A DNA stretch of 64,000 bases, taken from positions 310,001 through 374,000 of the forward strand of contig JAQGDQ010000073.1 in NCBI GenBank assembly GCA_030141605.1, read 5' to 3'. The stretch comes from Tubiluchus corallicola. Its lineage: Eukaryota > Animalia > Priapulida. The translations under genes were made by a program, and so were the position numbers. Under the pieces are notes generated by a model. That model ran no database searches. It had not been told where the DNA came from and saw nothing but the letters and a program-made list of their open reading frames with translations. Shown in pieces: positions 1 through 11,353 of this stretch. Within the stretch, counting starts at the first letter, position 1. Each line of letters opens with the position of its first letter.

Positions 1-1165
1 TCTGCAACAAAACACTTTCAACTTTTGCTTTGTCTGGTTTTCGAAGATTACATCATTTCATGCAAACATTAATTACTGAAGAGTTTCTCTGTTTTTGCCT
101 ACAATTTCTATTGTATTCATATAGAGCAGCAAAGCTATGTAAGTGTTTATAGTAATGGGCCTTCCATTAATAAAAAAAATTCTTATGCTAGCATTTAATT
201 AATTATGTTAGATAAGCCCATAAGAATCGAAGTCTTCGAGAGCGGAACACAGGAAAAAAAACGTAAAAAGGGTGTGGCAACAATGAACAGCAAAAAGATT
301 TGCCAGTGGAGTATTTACAACTAGGACAAAGTTACGGATGAATCTAGTGAAATGGATGTTGTTAGGGTTTCAAAAATTTTGTGATGGAAAAGCTAAGGGA
401 AAATCTAGATAAGAATAACTATGTTCTTGAAGACCCATGACATACAACCGTGGTCATAAATTCAATCAACACAATCTGTAGATAGGTAATTGACTACACT
501 TAATTATTAGTGTATAATGCATGTACATGTATCATAAGCCTCACACACAGGTACTATTTATACTTTATTATGTGATTATTTATTATTTTTAATAATACTA
601 TTAAATAATAATACTACTAAAGTATTATTAATAATACTTTATTATTACAATTGAATGTTATTGCCTGGTGCCTATTACACATTTCTGCCTATTGCGTAAA
701 ATTACTTAGAGGCGGCCCTGTGTAAGATATCTTACTTAGAGGTGTGAAACTTAAACTGGCCTTGCTGTTTGTGTCAGCCTATTCAAAGTTAGTTGTGATT
801 TTTGTGCTAAAATTCGAGCTGAAATATTAGTCAAAATGAGAAAAAATAATAATTATCCTCCTAAGCTACTTTAAATTTCATCTGTAATGTTGTTATGATG
901 TTTTTTCATTTTATTCTGCAGATTAAATGCCACAGTTCTATGTACAAATTCTTTCATTATAGTTTCCGTTAGTTTTTTGTGGAAAATGTTTCCTTTAAAC
1001 AGATCATTTCCGTAAGTCAATTACTGACTGGTATTATAATTTTATACCTGCCTTTGGCAATTTTGATGATAAAAATAATAGTAATTTTTTGCCGAAGGTA
1101 ATTTACATTTTCACCTAAAAACCTCTTTCTATTTTTTTAAAGACAAGTTTTCTTCTTGTTTTCAG

Positions 1166-4100
1166 GTATTTTGTTTGCTCTCATGAGTAACGTTATAAGT
1201 GCTTCACAGCAGATAATAGAGGAGACTTTTTTGAAAAAGAGGTGCCTTCACCCTTTACATGTTGTGGGAATGGAAGGATTCTTCGGTGTTCTCTTGATGA
1301 GCCTGGTGTGTTAGAGGATTATTGAGTTCCTCTTTCTTTTATTGAGTTATTTTGCAACAGAATGTCCAAAAGACTTTTTTAATGAAATAATTTTCTTTAT
1401 ATGCTGTTCGCATTTGATTAAAATGTTCCAGTGGGACACAACAAAGAGCTCTGAAGAAATTATTAGTGGACATAAACAGACTGTCACTTCAGAAAAACAT
1501 ACATGTTTTAATAGCATGTTATCAGGTTCTAAATCTTAAGTGGTTGGTAATTGTAGACAACTAAGCCTTTATGCACAGTGTTGTATTCTGAATTGCATTT
1601 TTAGTTGCTTTGAGTTATGCATCACTTTTCTTAATAACTATCTTCCATTTTCTGTAAAATGTGTTTATAAGCTGAAGTATTGTCAGCAGTTTACTTCTTT
1701 TTGGGCTAACACTACTTACCACTTTCTGTAAAATGTGTTTATACTATGAGCTACTGTCAGCAGTTTACTGGTTTTCTGGCTTACCTGGATACCCCTTATA
1801 GTGCAGTTCCAGACAAAAATGCTAAATATAATTCTTGATCCAGTTACCACTGTTGTTCTATCAGCATATTTAATCATCTCCTTGCCATTAGAATACAAAA
1901 AAACAGTGTCACTTACAATCAAGCTTGAAATGGTGCTCAAACTTGGAGTTACGATCGTATCAGAACGATTTTATATGCATGTGTATATAAAAAAGAAAAC
2001 ACTCATCACTGACTAGTTCACTAAAGATGCACATTTCTGAAAAACTAGAAATAATCTATAACTTTCTAGTTTTTATTATTAGTGTGCTGTGTTTACTTTT
2101 CAGGTTGTACTTCCCATACTATATGTTATTCAAGGCAAGGATATTAACGGATCGTTTGAAAATAGCTTGGATGCAGTTTATCAAATCTTCAATAATTCCA
2201 CGTTGCTCACTTTAACCATCCTGAACTTAGCGTCTGTACCTTTGTACAACTTTTTTGCGCTGTCAGTGGTAAAGTCATTAACAGGTAATCACCTGTTTTA
2301 TGATGCTCCAAACATTTTAAACAGACAAGTAAACAAATATTGTATTTTTCCTAATGATTGAGGATGTCCAGACAATACACTGCAGTTTTCTGTCAACATT
2401 AAAAGAGAATGTCTGTGTGGAACTAATGTCGTCTAGGGCTAAAGAGTAGTACTAGATCTAATCTTTATCTGTCATGGTTTTACCAGCTACAGAAATACAC
2501 ATAGCTTTTTTTCATCACATGTTACTGGAAAATTAAATGTGAGTCAAGTGTAAGCTTAATATATTAGAGAATATTAGATTGCATTGCCTCACTTGCAGGT
2601 TAGCAGCACAGTCTATTCAGGTTTGTTAATTTTTACTTTTGTTCTTTAATTTATTCTTTTTACTTTCTTTAATTCATTTTTTTGTTCTGGCAAGACATTT
2701 GTACAGTTTTGGCTTTTTCTTCTTATACAGTCGTTTTTACTCTTTCTCTAACTTATTATATTTCAAATCAATGCTGTTTAGTTACTATTTTTTGCTTTTA
2801 ATGTTTTTGTTTTTTATTTATTATTTTATTATTTATTGCGCACAAGAATAAATATATGCATTTTATACATGAGTAAAAGTAAACAGTAAAATGATTAGGT
2901 CATGATCAATATGAAAGTACGTGCACGGGTTCACTTTTACACTGGTACGTACTGCTTGAACATTTCACCTGTAATTTTTTGCTTGCTGGAGTAAAAGCTT
3001 CTGAAACAAAAATATATAATCATTAAGACTATAAAGGGCATTACTTTTTTATGTCAAGTGTATGCTTTGTGGTTTTTCAGCTGTGCATAGATCACTCACT
3101 GATGCCTGCAAGACTGCACTTGTTTGGACAATCAGCTTGTTTGTATACTATGTCATTAGTTCTGTAAGTATGATAATACAATAATGTTTTGTACAGTTAG
3201 TTTGACACAATTTTTGTTGTTGTGTAATGCAAAACGTTCTTCTGCTGATGTTCATTATGCTCATCTTGTTGTTAGTCCAATCCCAAACAAATACTAACAC
3301 TGCTAACTTTTTATAAATGAACTTTTACAAGTTTGAAAGCCTGCATTATTAATTTTGCAGTCAGTTGGCAGTTCAGGCTAGTTAGTGTACTTGTTTAAGT
3401 TCATGCTCAAATTACTGAACACTAAAATGTCAATTGTACTTGGAATATGTAATTGTTGTTCCAAAGGAATTGATAACGCAAATTTATGACAATAAAAGCT
3501 TTCTATTTTTTTAATTAGACATAACCTTCTTTAGCCAACTGAATGCGATTTAGCAACTTCTAGCTGTAAATAATTTATTACAATATATATATATATATAT
3601 ATATTGTATTTGATTATTTCTTCTACCATCAGCTAATGTGCCCAAAAGCCCAATGAAAAAATGTGCATACTGTGTGTTAACTTCCATTTCTTAATGCTTA
3701 TTTGGAATTCGTTTTGTACATAGAGTATCTTTTGAACGAGTTTTGCTATAAGTGAGAGACTAGTTTTTTCAAAGAGATACCAGAATTCCCTGTACACCCT
3801 TAAATTCTTAATAAAAGGCTTTGACTATATTAATGTTTGTTGTATATTCATAGGATTTTGGTGAACCCTTTCACGAAGAATGGGGTATGCTGCAGGGTGA
3901 GCTATGATCTTCTATCTTTATTTTTTTAAGTTTGCCATAATTTGTAAAAAACTAACTGAATTAAAAATTTTGTTCTTCAGAAACATGAATCAGTTCATTT
4001 TTATTGCTGTCACAAACAACCACTATTTTATCTTACCGAATTTTTAAACTTGGCTTACTGTCTGTGTGGTGGTTGAGCAACTGCTGATTAATTGATTGAC

Positions 4101-4477
4101 TGACTGACCAACAGGCTAAATTCATTAAATGCTCTGACTGGCTGATCAACTGTCTAAATAATTAAGGGGTACTAATTCAATTTCCTGCTCAGTTAGCCAT
4201 TTAATTTCCTGTTTATTTGTTTTTAGTTGGTGGTTTCTCAGTTCTACTACTAGGGACATTCATATACAATGAAGTGATCGACTTGTCCCAATTCTTTAGC
4301 TGTTTTATTCTGAAAAGTAAAGTGCAAGGTGCTGCTCCGGAAGTCAGTAATGATGTTGGTGATGACAGTAATGATGATGTCAGTAATGATGATGACGATA
4401 CTACTGATGACAGAGATAACAAAGGGAATGAAGATAGTGAATCTGAATTGCAGCCTCTGCTCACTAAAGCTCGTTAA
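1166..4477 (+). CDS. SLC35F6: SLC35F6-like nucleotide-sugar/DMT-fold transporter, 3' part (5' exons lie upstream of the window)
   Basis: GT-AG exons 1166-1305, 2104-2284, 3081-3163, 3854-3896 and 4227-4477 join in one frame: ILFALMSNVISASQQIIEETFLKKRCLHPLHVVGMEGFFG...FENSLDAVYQIF...YNFFALSVVKSLTAVHRSLTDACKTALVW...FGEPFHEEWGMLQVGGFSVLLLGTFIYNE...ELQPLLTKAR*. The EE..HPL..VG.EG.FG, ENS.DA and FNF..SV.K motifs match SLC35F6-family proteins. The acidic tail ends in a dileucine-like E..PLL. May be a paralog rather than the strict ortholog. Confidence 0.85.
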
Positions 4478-5499
4478 AATCTCGGGTTATGTTTTGTGTA
4501 GTAAAAAGCTTATTTTGATTTCATATACTTATTACTTAAAAACTCCAAGCTTCGTCATTTAAGAGACATTCCTAAGGCTCTAACAAACATCCAAACCAAT
4601 TCAGTACACATTTGCTTATTAGCTTTTTGTGCTGAATTGACTCAGCTGTAGATGCTTGCCCTTGGCACATGTACACTTTCAGCTGATTTACTTGTAAGAA
4701 AACTAAAGTTGATCCTTTGTCAAGTTCCATAGTTGATCACATTCCATTTTTTTACGTCACAGGGTGGCTGTTAGTTAATCAGCTTGTTATTATAGCATTC
4801 CATTACTTGTCGTTCGACCGAATCGAACCAATCAATTGTCAAGAACCAAATTTAGTATAACATTTGTTTCACAATCAGCAATTCCTTTTCAAGCTTGCCT
4901 TGGTCCATTTTATTATTATGTCTGATACCACTGCATTCTGCCCAACCAGTAGCTTGCAGTCCATACAAGCAACGTATGTCTTCTAATTTCCAAAAAAAGT
5001 GCATCACGTTGTTTGTTTGAGCCATTCTTTAACACTTACTGTAGTTGATCGAGTTCTGTAGCTGCTGCAGTGTTAGATCATAATTGTTGTGGTGTTTAGG
5101 TGTTTTACTAATTATTGTAGTGTTTCATTGCCTCCCTTTCTCCCGATTTGCCACCAATTACTGCCTCAATGTAAATATAGCGTAAAATGGGATTGCAGTG
5201 AGATAGAACTTGTCTTGCCTTTGCAGGAAATAGAATTGCCCATCGATGGTGCTAGACAGCGTGAAAAAATTGTCTGGGAATGGAGCAAGTAACACAGGGG
5301 TGTGGTGCACCACTGAACTTAGCTGCTGCAGTTGCTGCAATGCAACACCGCAGATTAAAGACAATATTCTGAGATTCACGCAAGGCTTTTGACTTATGAA
5401 GCCACTACATTTAGGAACTTTCACCCATTTCATCTTAGGTGCTTCCAGTATGCAACACGCTACCACATAATTTTATGCCAGATGCCAAGTATCTACGAA

Positions 5500-6250
5500 G
5501 TCAAGTGAAGTATTTAATAAATCTTTCTTCAGTACATCCAGATACGTGATCAGCTGTCCACCTCTTGGCTTCTTCCCAGGTATTGGTGGTTAATGTAATG
5601 CTGTAGTAAGTAGAGAGTCCTTTGGTAATCTAATGACATGTCGTCCAGTGCATCTAAGCCGACACTTCTGTATAACCTCACTCCATTCCTTCGTCTTCAT
5701 TAAACCATACAGATCTTGATTTGAGATTTTCTTTGGCTTTTTGTACCCAACATCTTTCTGTACCGACGTCTTTGGAAGGCATTGATTTCATTCTTCTGGA
5801 CAACTTTGACAGTCCACAATTCAGAAATATATAAGAATCTAGGTTCTACAAGTGATGATAATATGTGTAGTTTAGTTTCTGTGGTGAGATTAGGATTTTC
5901 AAAGATATTTGTAAGCTTAGAATATGCAGCCAAGGCTAATATTTTTCTGTGTGCTATGTCAGTTTCAGTGCCTAGTAAACTAGCCAGATTCTTCCAAGAA
6001 GTATCACCATCATGCTGTGTTGAGTACTGGTCTGTTTTGGTGTCGTTTATCTTCAGATTGAAATTTTTCAGACAGTTGATTACATCTTTTACAGCCTCTG
6101 TTTCGCCAATACTAGCTGCTGTCCATACAATATCATGAGCATATTGCATTGGTAAGAGACTGGAAGGAGATCCAAATATTGCGTAATTATGCCTCTTGCT
6201 GAATATTTGGGCCAGTTTATGACTCCAAGTTAATTAACAATATGACAAAC
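5500..6250 (-). mobile_element. Degenerate RTE-type LINE reverse transcriptase, C-terminal fragment
   Basis: ORF 5700..6149 begins QYAHDI (decayed YADD) and continues LKIN..KT, DIAHRKILALAAYSKL, TKLHILSSLVEPRFLYISELWT and INAFQRRRYRKMLG, typical of the RTE-clade RT/thumb region. Boundaries approximate. Confidence 0.75.
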
Positions 6251-6740
6251 CCCTGACAATTTTACAAGAGAAAATTGAGTTTTAATACATTTATACCAGA
6301 TTTTAGATTCGTTATGAATCATGAGAATATTTTAATTGAAAGGTTCATAGCAGTCTTTTTTCAGGTAACTTATTTGCACGTTAGATTAAAAAGCCACAAT
6401 GGTTTTCCAAATTTTCTTTTCCAAGTTTAGAGCTTATAGTTTGGTTGTATTACATTGCAGTTCAACATTATCAATCAGTCAATAGCTATTATAAGTACAA
6501 ATGACTTACTATAAGTACATTTTTCACGTATGAGAAATTCTGTGTACCAGAATTTGGGTCTCATTTGAGGCCTCCAAAATACCCTTACTTACAAGAAAAT
6601 GCTTTGGTGGCCGCAGTTCCGCTCCTGCCCGAGCTGGGGGAACTTATATTGCTCCCCCATACCCCCTAGCTAATTGTATGCATTGCTCCACGACCCACTG
6701 CACACCACTGGCCGCCATATTTATTAACAGAATATGTATA

Positions 6741-7318
6741 TATGGTGTCTCAAAGGTCACTATGCAGTTTGATTTTTCATTTTCTTCTTAAATTTTTATC
6801 CAGTCTAAGCTATCTCTTCAACCTTTGCATGAATCAAGTGAGACCTTGGCAGTTTCTTTTTATTTACTTTTCAACTGGAACTCCATTTCTATGGCAGCAG
6901 CAGTAATGTTAGAAATGAGATGCAAAATCATCCTGGCATGTGTCCTTCGATCACCAACTGATGTTCAACGGAAATTCAAAGCACCATATGGTCTACAATG
7001 TTCTCTTGCTATTAACTGTGTAAGTTTTTTAACTAGCTGCACCCTTCCCAACAACTCTCATGAGCTGTGAGAAACTTTCTCAATGCAAGATAACCAACTT
7101 GCCACTAGATTAGTCTCTGATGCTCGTAAGGTTCCCGAAGGTAGTGGCAAAAATAGTAAAGCCTACTAGTGCAGTGCCACTTTTTAGATTTTCCTCTAAT
7201 TTGACTAGATGAATTGCCCAAGGTTTCAGTTTATTTGTACTAATTTTCAAACATTTTGCTTTGTTTGTGAAAAAGATATAGAAAATGAAAAGTGTATAGT
7301 GACTTCTGAGACACCCTG
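6741..7318 (+). mobile_element. Internally deleted Tc1/mariner-superfamily element
   Basis: Imperfect TIRs (left TATGGTGTCTCAAAGGTCACTATGCA; right reverse-complement CAGGGTGTCTCAGAAGTCACTATACA), TA on both flanks (6739-40, 7319-20). Internal peptide EMRCKIILACVLRSPTDVQRKFKAPYG resembles the N-terminal HTH of mariner-like transposases. Confidence 0.7.
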
Positions 7319-9914
7319 TATATGAATATACAATAATTTCTATTTATCTCAATACATGTAATTAATTTATCCTATATTAAGATGTAATTGATATGGCCTT
7401 TGAATGTGTTTTTGCTCAAAATATGTTGCTAATTGCGGGGATCTTTATCCATGATGTAAAGTCAAATTATTACAAACGCACATCAAAATGTCTAAAGTTA
7501 TTATAGAAAGTAGAAAAACTTCCTTGAAAAAGACAGTTTATAATTAAAAAAATTGAACTTTATTGTCAATATTTCAACATCCTTGATGATTGTGGTCCTT
7601 ATTATTAAACTTGATAATTACATCAGGGCTATAGATATCAAAACATTGTTATCAGTATTTAGTTTTATTTATTTATTTTTCCACAGTTGTTTCGTTGTGG
7701 ATTTGCACAGAGGTGTCATCCTCCAAATAAACCTGTATTGTGCTGCATTATTATATTTTTTATAGCTGATCGTGTTGTCTCCTTTTTTTTAGATAATGCG
7801 CGAATGATGTTAACATAGCTCAAGTTTACCAATTATCAGTCTATAAGTTTGTATCATGTATTTATTGCTTACCTTGTTGAGTTTTTATTACACATATAAT
7901 AAAAATCATGTGTGTATTGTTCGTTTGCTGTACCAATAGATATATACTCAATATTTTATAAGATATATTAGTGTTTTGTTAAGAGGTTGTATATTTTTGC
8001 TATCCATCTACATGATTTTTTATAACTTTTTGGATTCTTATGATTAAATTGCATCAGTATTTGTTGTTTGGGAACAATTGTGCCAAGTTTTGATTAATTA
8101 ATTAGTTAATTGAAAAATTCATATATAATTTATTGATAAATTTAATGGTCTATTTTTTGAAATCAGGATTTGAATCTGTGTTTTTGAGCACCACTTCTGT
8201 TCAACTCACCTGAAATTGTTATTATAAAGACAAACTGCCTCCTTGTCATTTTGGTTAATTTTTCTTAATGGTTAGATCGTCAATCCATTAAGTCTTATGT
8301 GATGGGCTCAAGTCCTGAATTGATTCATAGTCTTTCCTTTGCATTTTTCTTTTTATTGATTTTTAATGAAAGCTTATTTTTTGTTATAGTACAGGTTGTA
8401 ACAGTTTGTTAATAAATAACTATATTTTTTCAGTTTGAAATAAAAAAAACATTCGAGATTTTGAATATGTTGTGTCTTAGTATTATAATTACTGATGCTG
8501 TTCATAATTTTGAATATATCTATAAAGCATTTGTGGACTATTTTGTTCACTTGTATTTTTACCCATAATGCATAATTCATATATGTGTATGTAATTATTT
8601 ATGTTAGTTTGGTATAATACCAATAACTTATTATATAATATAAATAATTATTATATAATATGTGCCAAGTTTTGAATAATTAAGTATCGTTATTTTGTAT
8701 AATTTATTATTAAATTTGATGGCCTATTCTATTGTGGCTATATATCATTATAATCTTGGAAAAAGATAAGTGTTAATTGTGCTTTTTTATTTGTTTGTTT
8801 GTTGTTTTCGAGACTGTATGGTGGTCTTTCCTATAATAAACTATGGTTGGGTAATAAATGAAAAGTATTTATAAGTTACAATCTATTGTTGCATCTGTTT
8901 TTGTATAAATATTGTTTTATAGTAAAATTATAATGTGGTATTGAATTTTGTTGCTGTAATTGTTATGTTGGTGCTGTGTGTATGTGGGCCTATGAAAACT
9001 GTAGGCCTAATACATAAAAATAGGTGCTGAATAGTTTACCTTAAAGGAGCTAAATACTATTATACAGATAAAAAATTATCTTGAAACAAGACACTGTAAT
9101 AAAAAAGTACAGAAACTGTTACATCATCATTGTTTAAATAAAACTTATTAACGAACTTGTATACACAAAAAATGTACTTGTATACACACTATAATACATG
9201 CATAAACTTGGCTTAACACACATCTACCATTATACTTTACTATACAGTAATATTTTACAGCATACAACAAAATTCTAATATTAGGGCGCGGAATAAGAAA
9301 CGTGTGGAGGCGCTGATCGTTGAGGAGAGGGCGCTAAAAATACGTTTGCTAAGGCCACGTCAAATTATATACAGCTGACCCGATTTGCGACATTTTTATT
9401 GATAAAATTGTGTTTAAATGAATCACATACACAGTATCACAAAGAAATTTTGGCACATGTTCGACTTAATTTACAAAAATAATTATCATGTTTACAAATG
9501 TAGACGTAATTATTACTAAAAACTATAACGGAATGAACAGAGTGAATAAAAATTTGAAAACCAATCAAACTGAAAGGAAGGGAAAAAAATCGCTCGGAAT
9601 CAGCTCATCAAAACTTGGTCACAAGGAGCAATATATTTGATGAGTGGCCTAACGGTCGTGGCCCAACCGTCGTGGCCCATCACTCTCTGTTCGGCTCTTA
9701 AATTTTATTTAACTGGGCTACTGTTATCATTAAATGACTATAAAAAACAGTCAAGATTCATCAAACATTAACACTAAGACGTATTTCTTAATAATTGATA
9801 TGGAATTGGAATTAGTTATTAAAATTAATATTAAATATAACAATTTAAACTAAAAATATAATAGTCACTATAAAAAACGTTGAAGGCAAGTTACACTCTT
9901 GAAACAAAACATAA

Positions 9915-10850
9915 TGTTGGGAGCCGAGTGGACCACTGCGCCAAGTAGACCACTTGATGTGCTAAAAGTAGTGTCCTACATGGGCAGCCCAAGTAGGACA
10001 CTAGCGATTTTTGTCGAGAATCGGTAATTTTATATTCCAATTTATATTACCATTATTTATAAGTATTGTTATGACATAATAAAACATAAAACAAAATGTC
10101 TTTTAGAAATGGATATTCCTCGGCAATTTACAAATGCATTTCTTACAATAATTTCATCTTTATCATTAACTCCATTAATATATCATAACATAAACCTAGT
10201 ATCTAATGCCTTAAAGAGAGAAATTCTGCACACAGTTATTACAGAAATAATTGCAAATTTAAAAATAAGACAGATGCTGCTAAGCCTTCACAACACCAAA
10301 AAGTAATTTTTAACATTTAAGAAAAGCAAGGATAATTAGTTTTAATATTATCAGTAGTATTGTAACATGTAGGACACTGTCCTAGATGGTTCGCTAGCCC
10401 ATGTAGGACACATAGATTGCTAGAACGTTTACTTATAAGAAAACAATTATTTGCCCAAGAGGTAGTGAAACGGATCACCTGTTTGTGAAGTGAGACAAAA
10501 TCAAAAATGATATACCTTAAACAAATGTTGCATTCGCAAAAAAGTGGTTTTTTTTCACTTCAACAACATTAATATCGAAACCAAATTTAATATTGTCCGT
10601 TCTACCAGCTCAGAATAAAATTCTTTTATTTTATTAGATGTATAATAGATTATTCAACGTGTACTAACATTTTTAATTATTATTATTACGTAAACAAGCA
10701 CAACGGACGGTGTCAGTACACTTAACGACTCAATTCGCGACCTGTCTCTAGTGTCCTACTTGGGCAGCCCAAGTAGACCGCGGTCTACTTGGGCTAGCCC
10801 AAGTAGAACAATTGGTCTACTTGGCTCAGTGGTCCACTCGGCTCCCAACA
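9915..10850. mobile_element. Non-autonomous DNA transposon (MITE) with TGT..ACA ends, 42-bp TIRs and a 5-bp TSD (Ginger-like)
   Basis: TIR TGTTGGGAGCCGAGTGGACCACTG(C/A)GCCAAGTAGACCA(C/A)TTG, 2 mismatches in 42 bp. CATAA is duplicated at 9910-9914 and 10851-10855. Internal inverted copies of a CCCAAGTAGGACAC-like motif. No transposase ORF. Confidence 0.85.
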
Positions 10851-11353
10851 CATAATATTATCAAATTAGATATTAAAAACAAAATAAAAATCTTATTTTT
10901 GGCTGATTGAAGGCCTATATGCAATCATTAATTTAAACTATTTCAGTTATTATATTCGTGAACGCATATTAAAAATGAAAACACCAATTTTGATAATTAT
11001 CATAAACATAAAAGACATTTTCGCACTTCTTTTTTTATAAAGAAGGCTACTACTAGGCTACTACTATTACTAATACTACAGAAAAAATATATAATAGGCT
11101 ATATAACATAATATAGTCTCTATCTGGTGGAAGTAATATACGCACAGCGTTCATGACGACTTTTAGCATGATTATAATATACATATAATACATATATAAT
11201 TATATACATATCCAATAATGAGTTAAAAGCTCTTGATGCACCTCACAAAATACATACTATACTGTAATGTAATTACATGTACTACTGCATTAAACTACAG
11301 ACAATGAATGGAATTAAAAATGTTTTACCTGATAAAATGACGATGTAAAACTC

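Noticed and set aside
1645-1785. Two diverged ~74-bp tandem copies in an SLC35F6 intron
   Set aside because: Ordinary local duplication with no structure or coding signal.
5158-5466. Cys-containing minus-strand ORF that looked like a decayed PHD finger
   Set aside because: Cys/His spacing only fits if several frameshifts are assumed; adjacent to a LINE relic; unsupported.
8070-8730. Diverged duplicate TGTGCCAAGTTTTGA...TATAATTTATT segments and a faint tRNA-SINE-like stretch near 8265
   Set aside because: Too AT-rich and decayed to classify.
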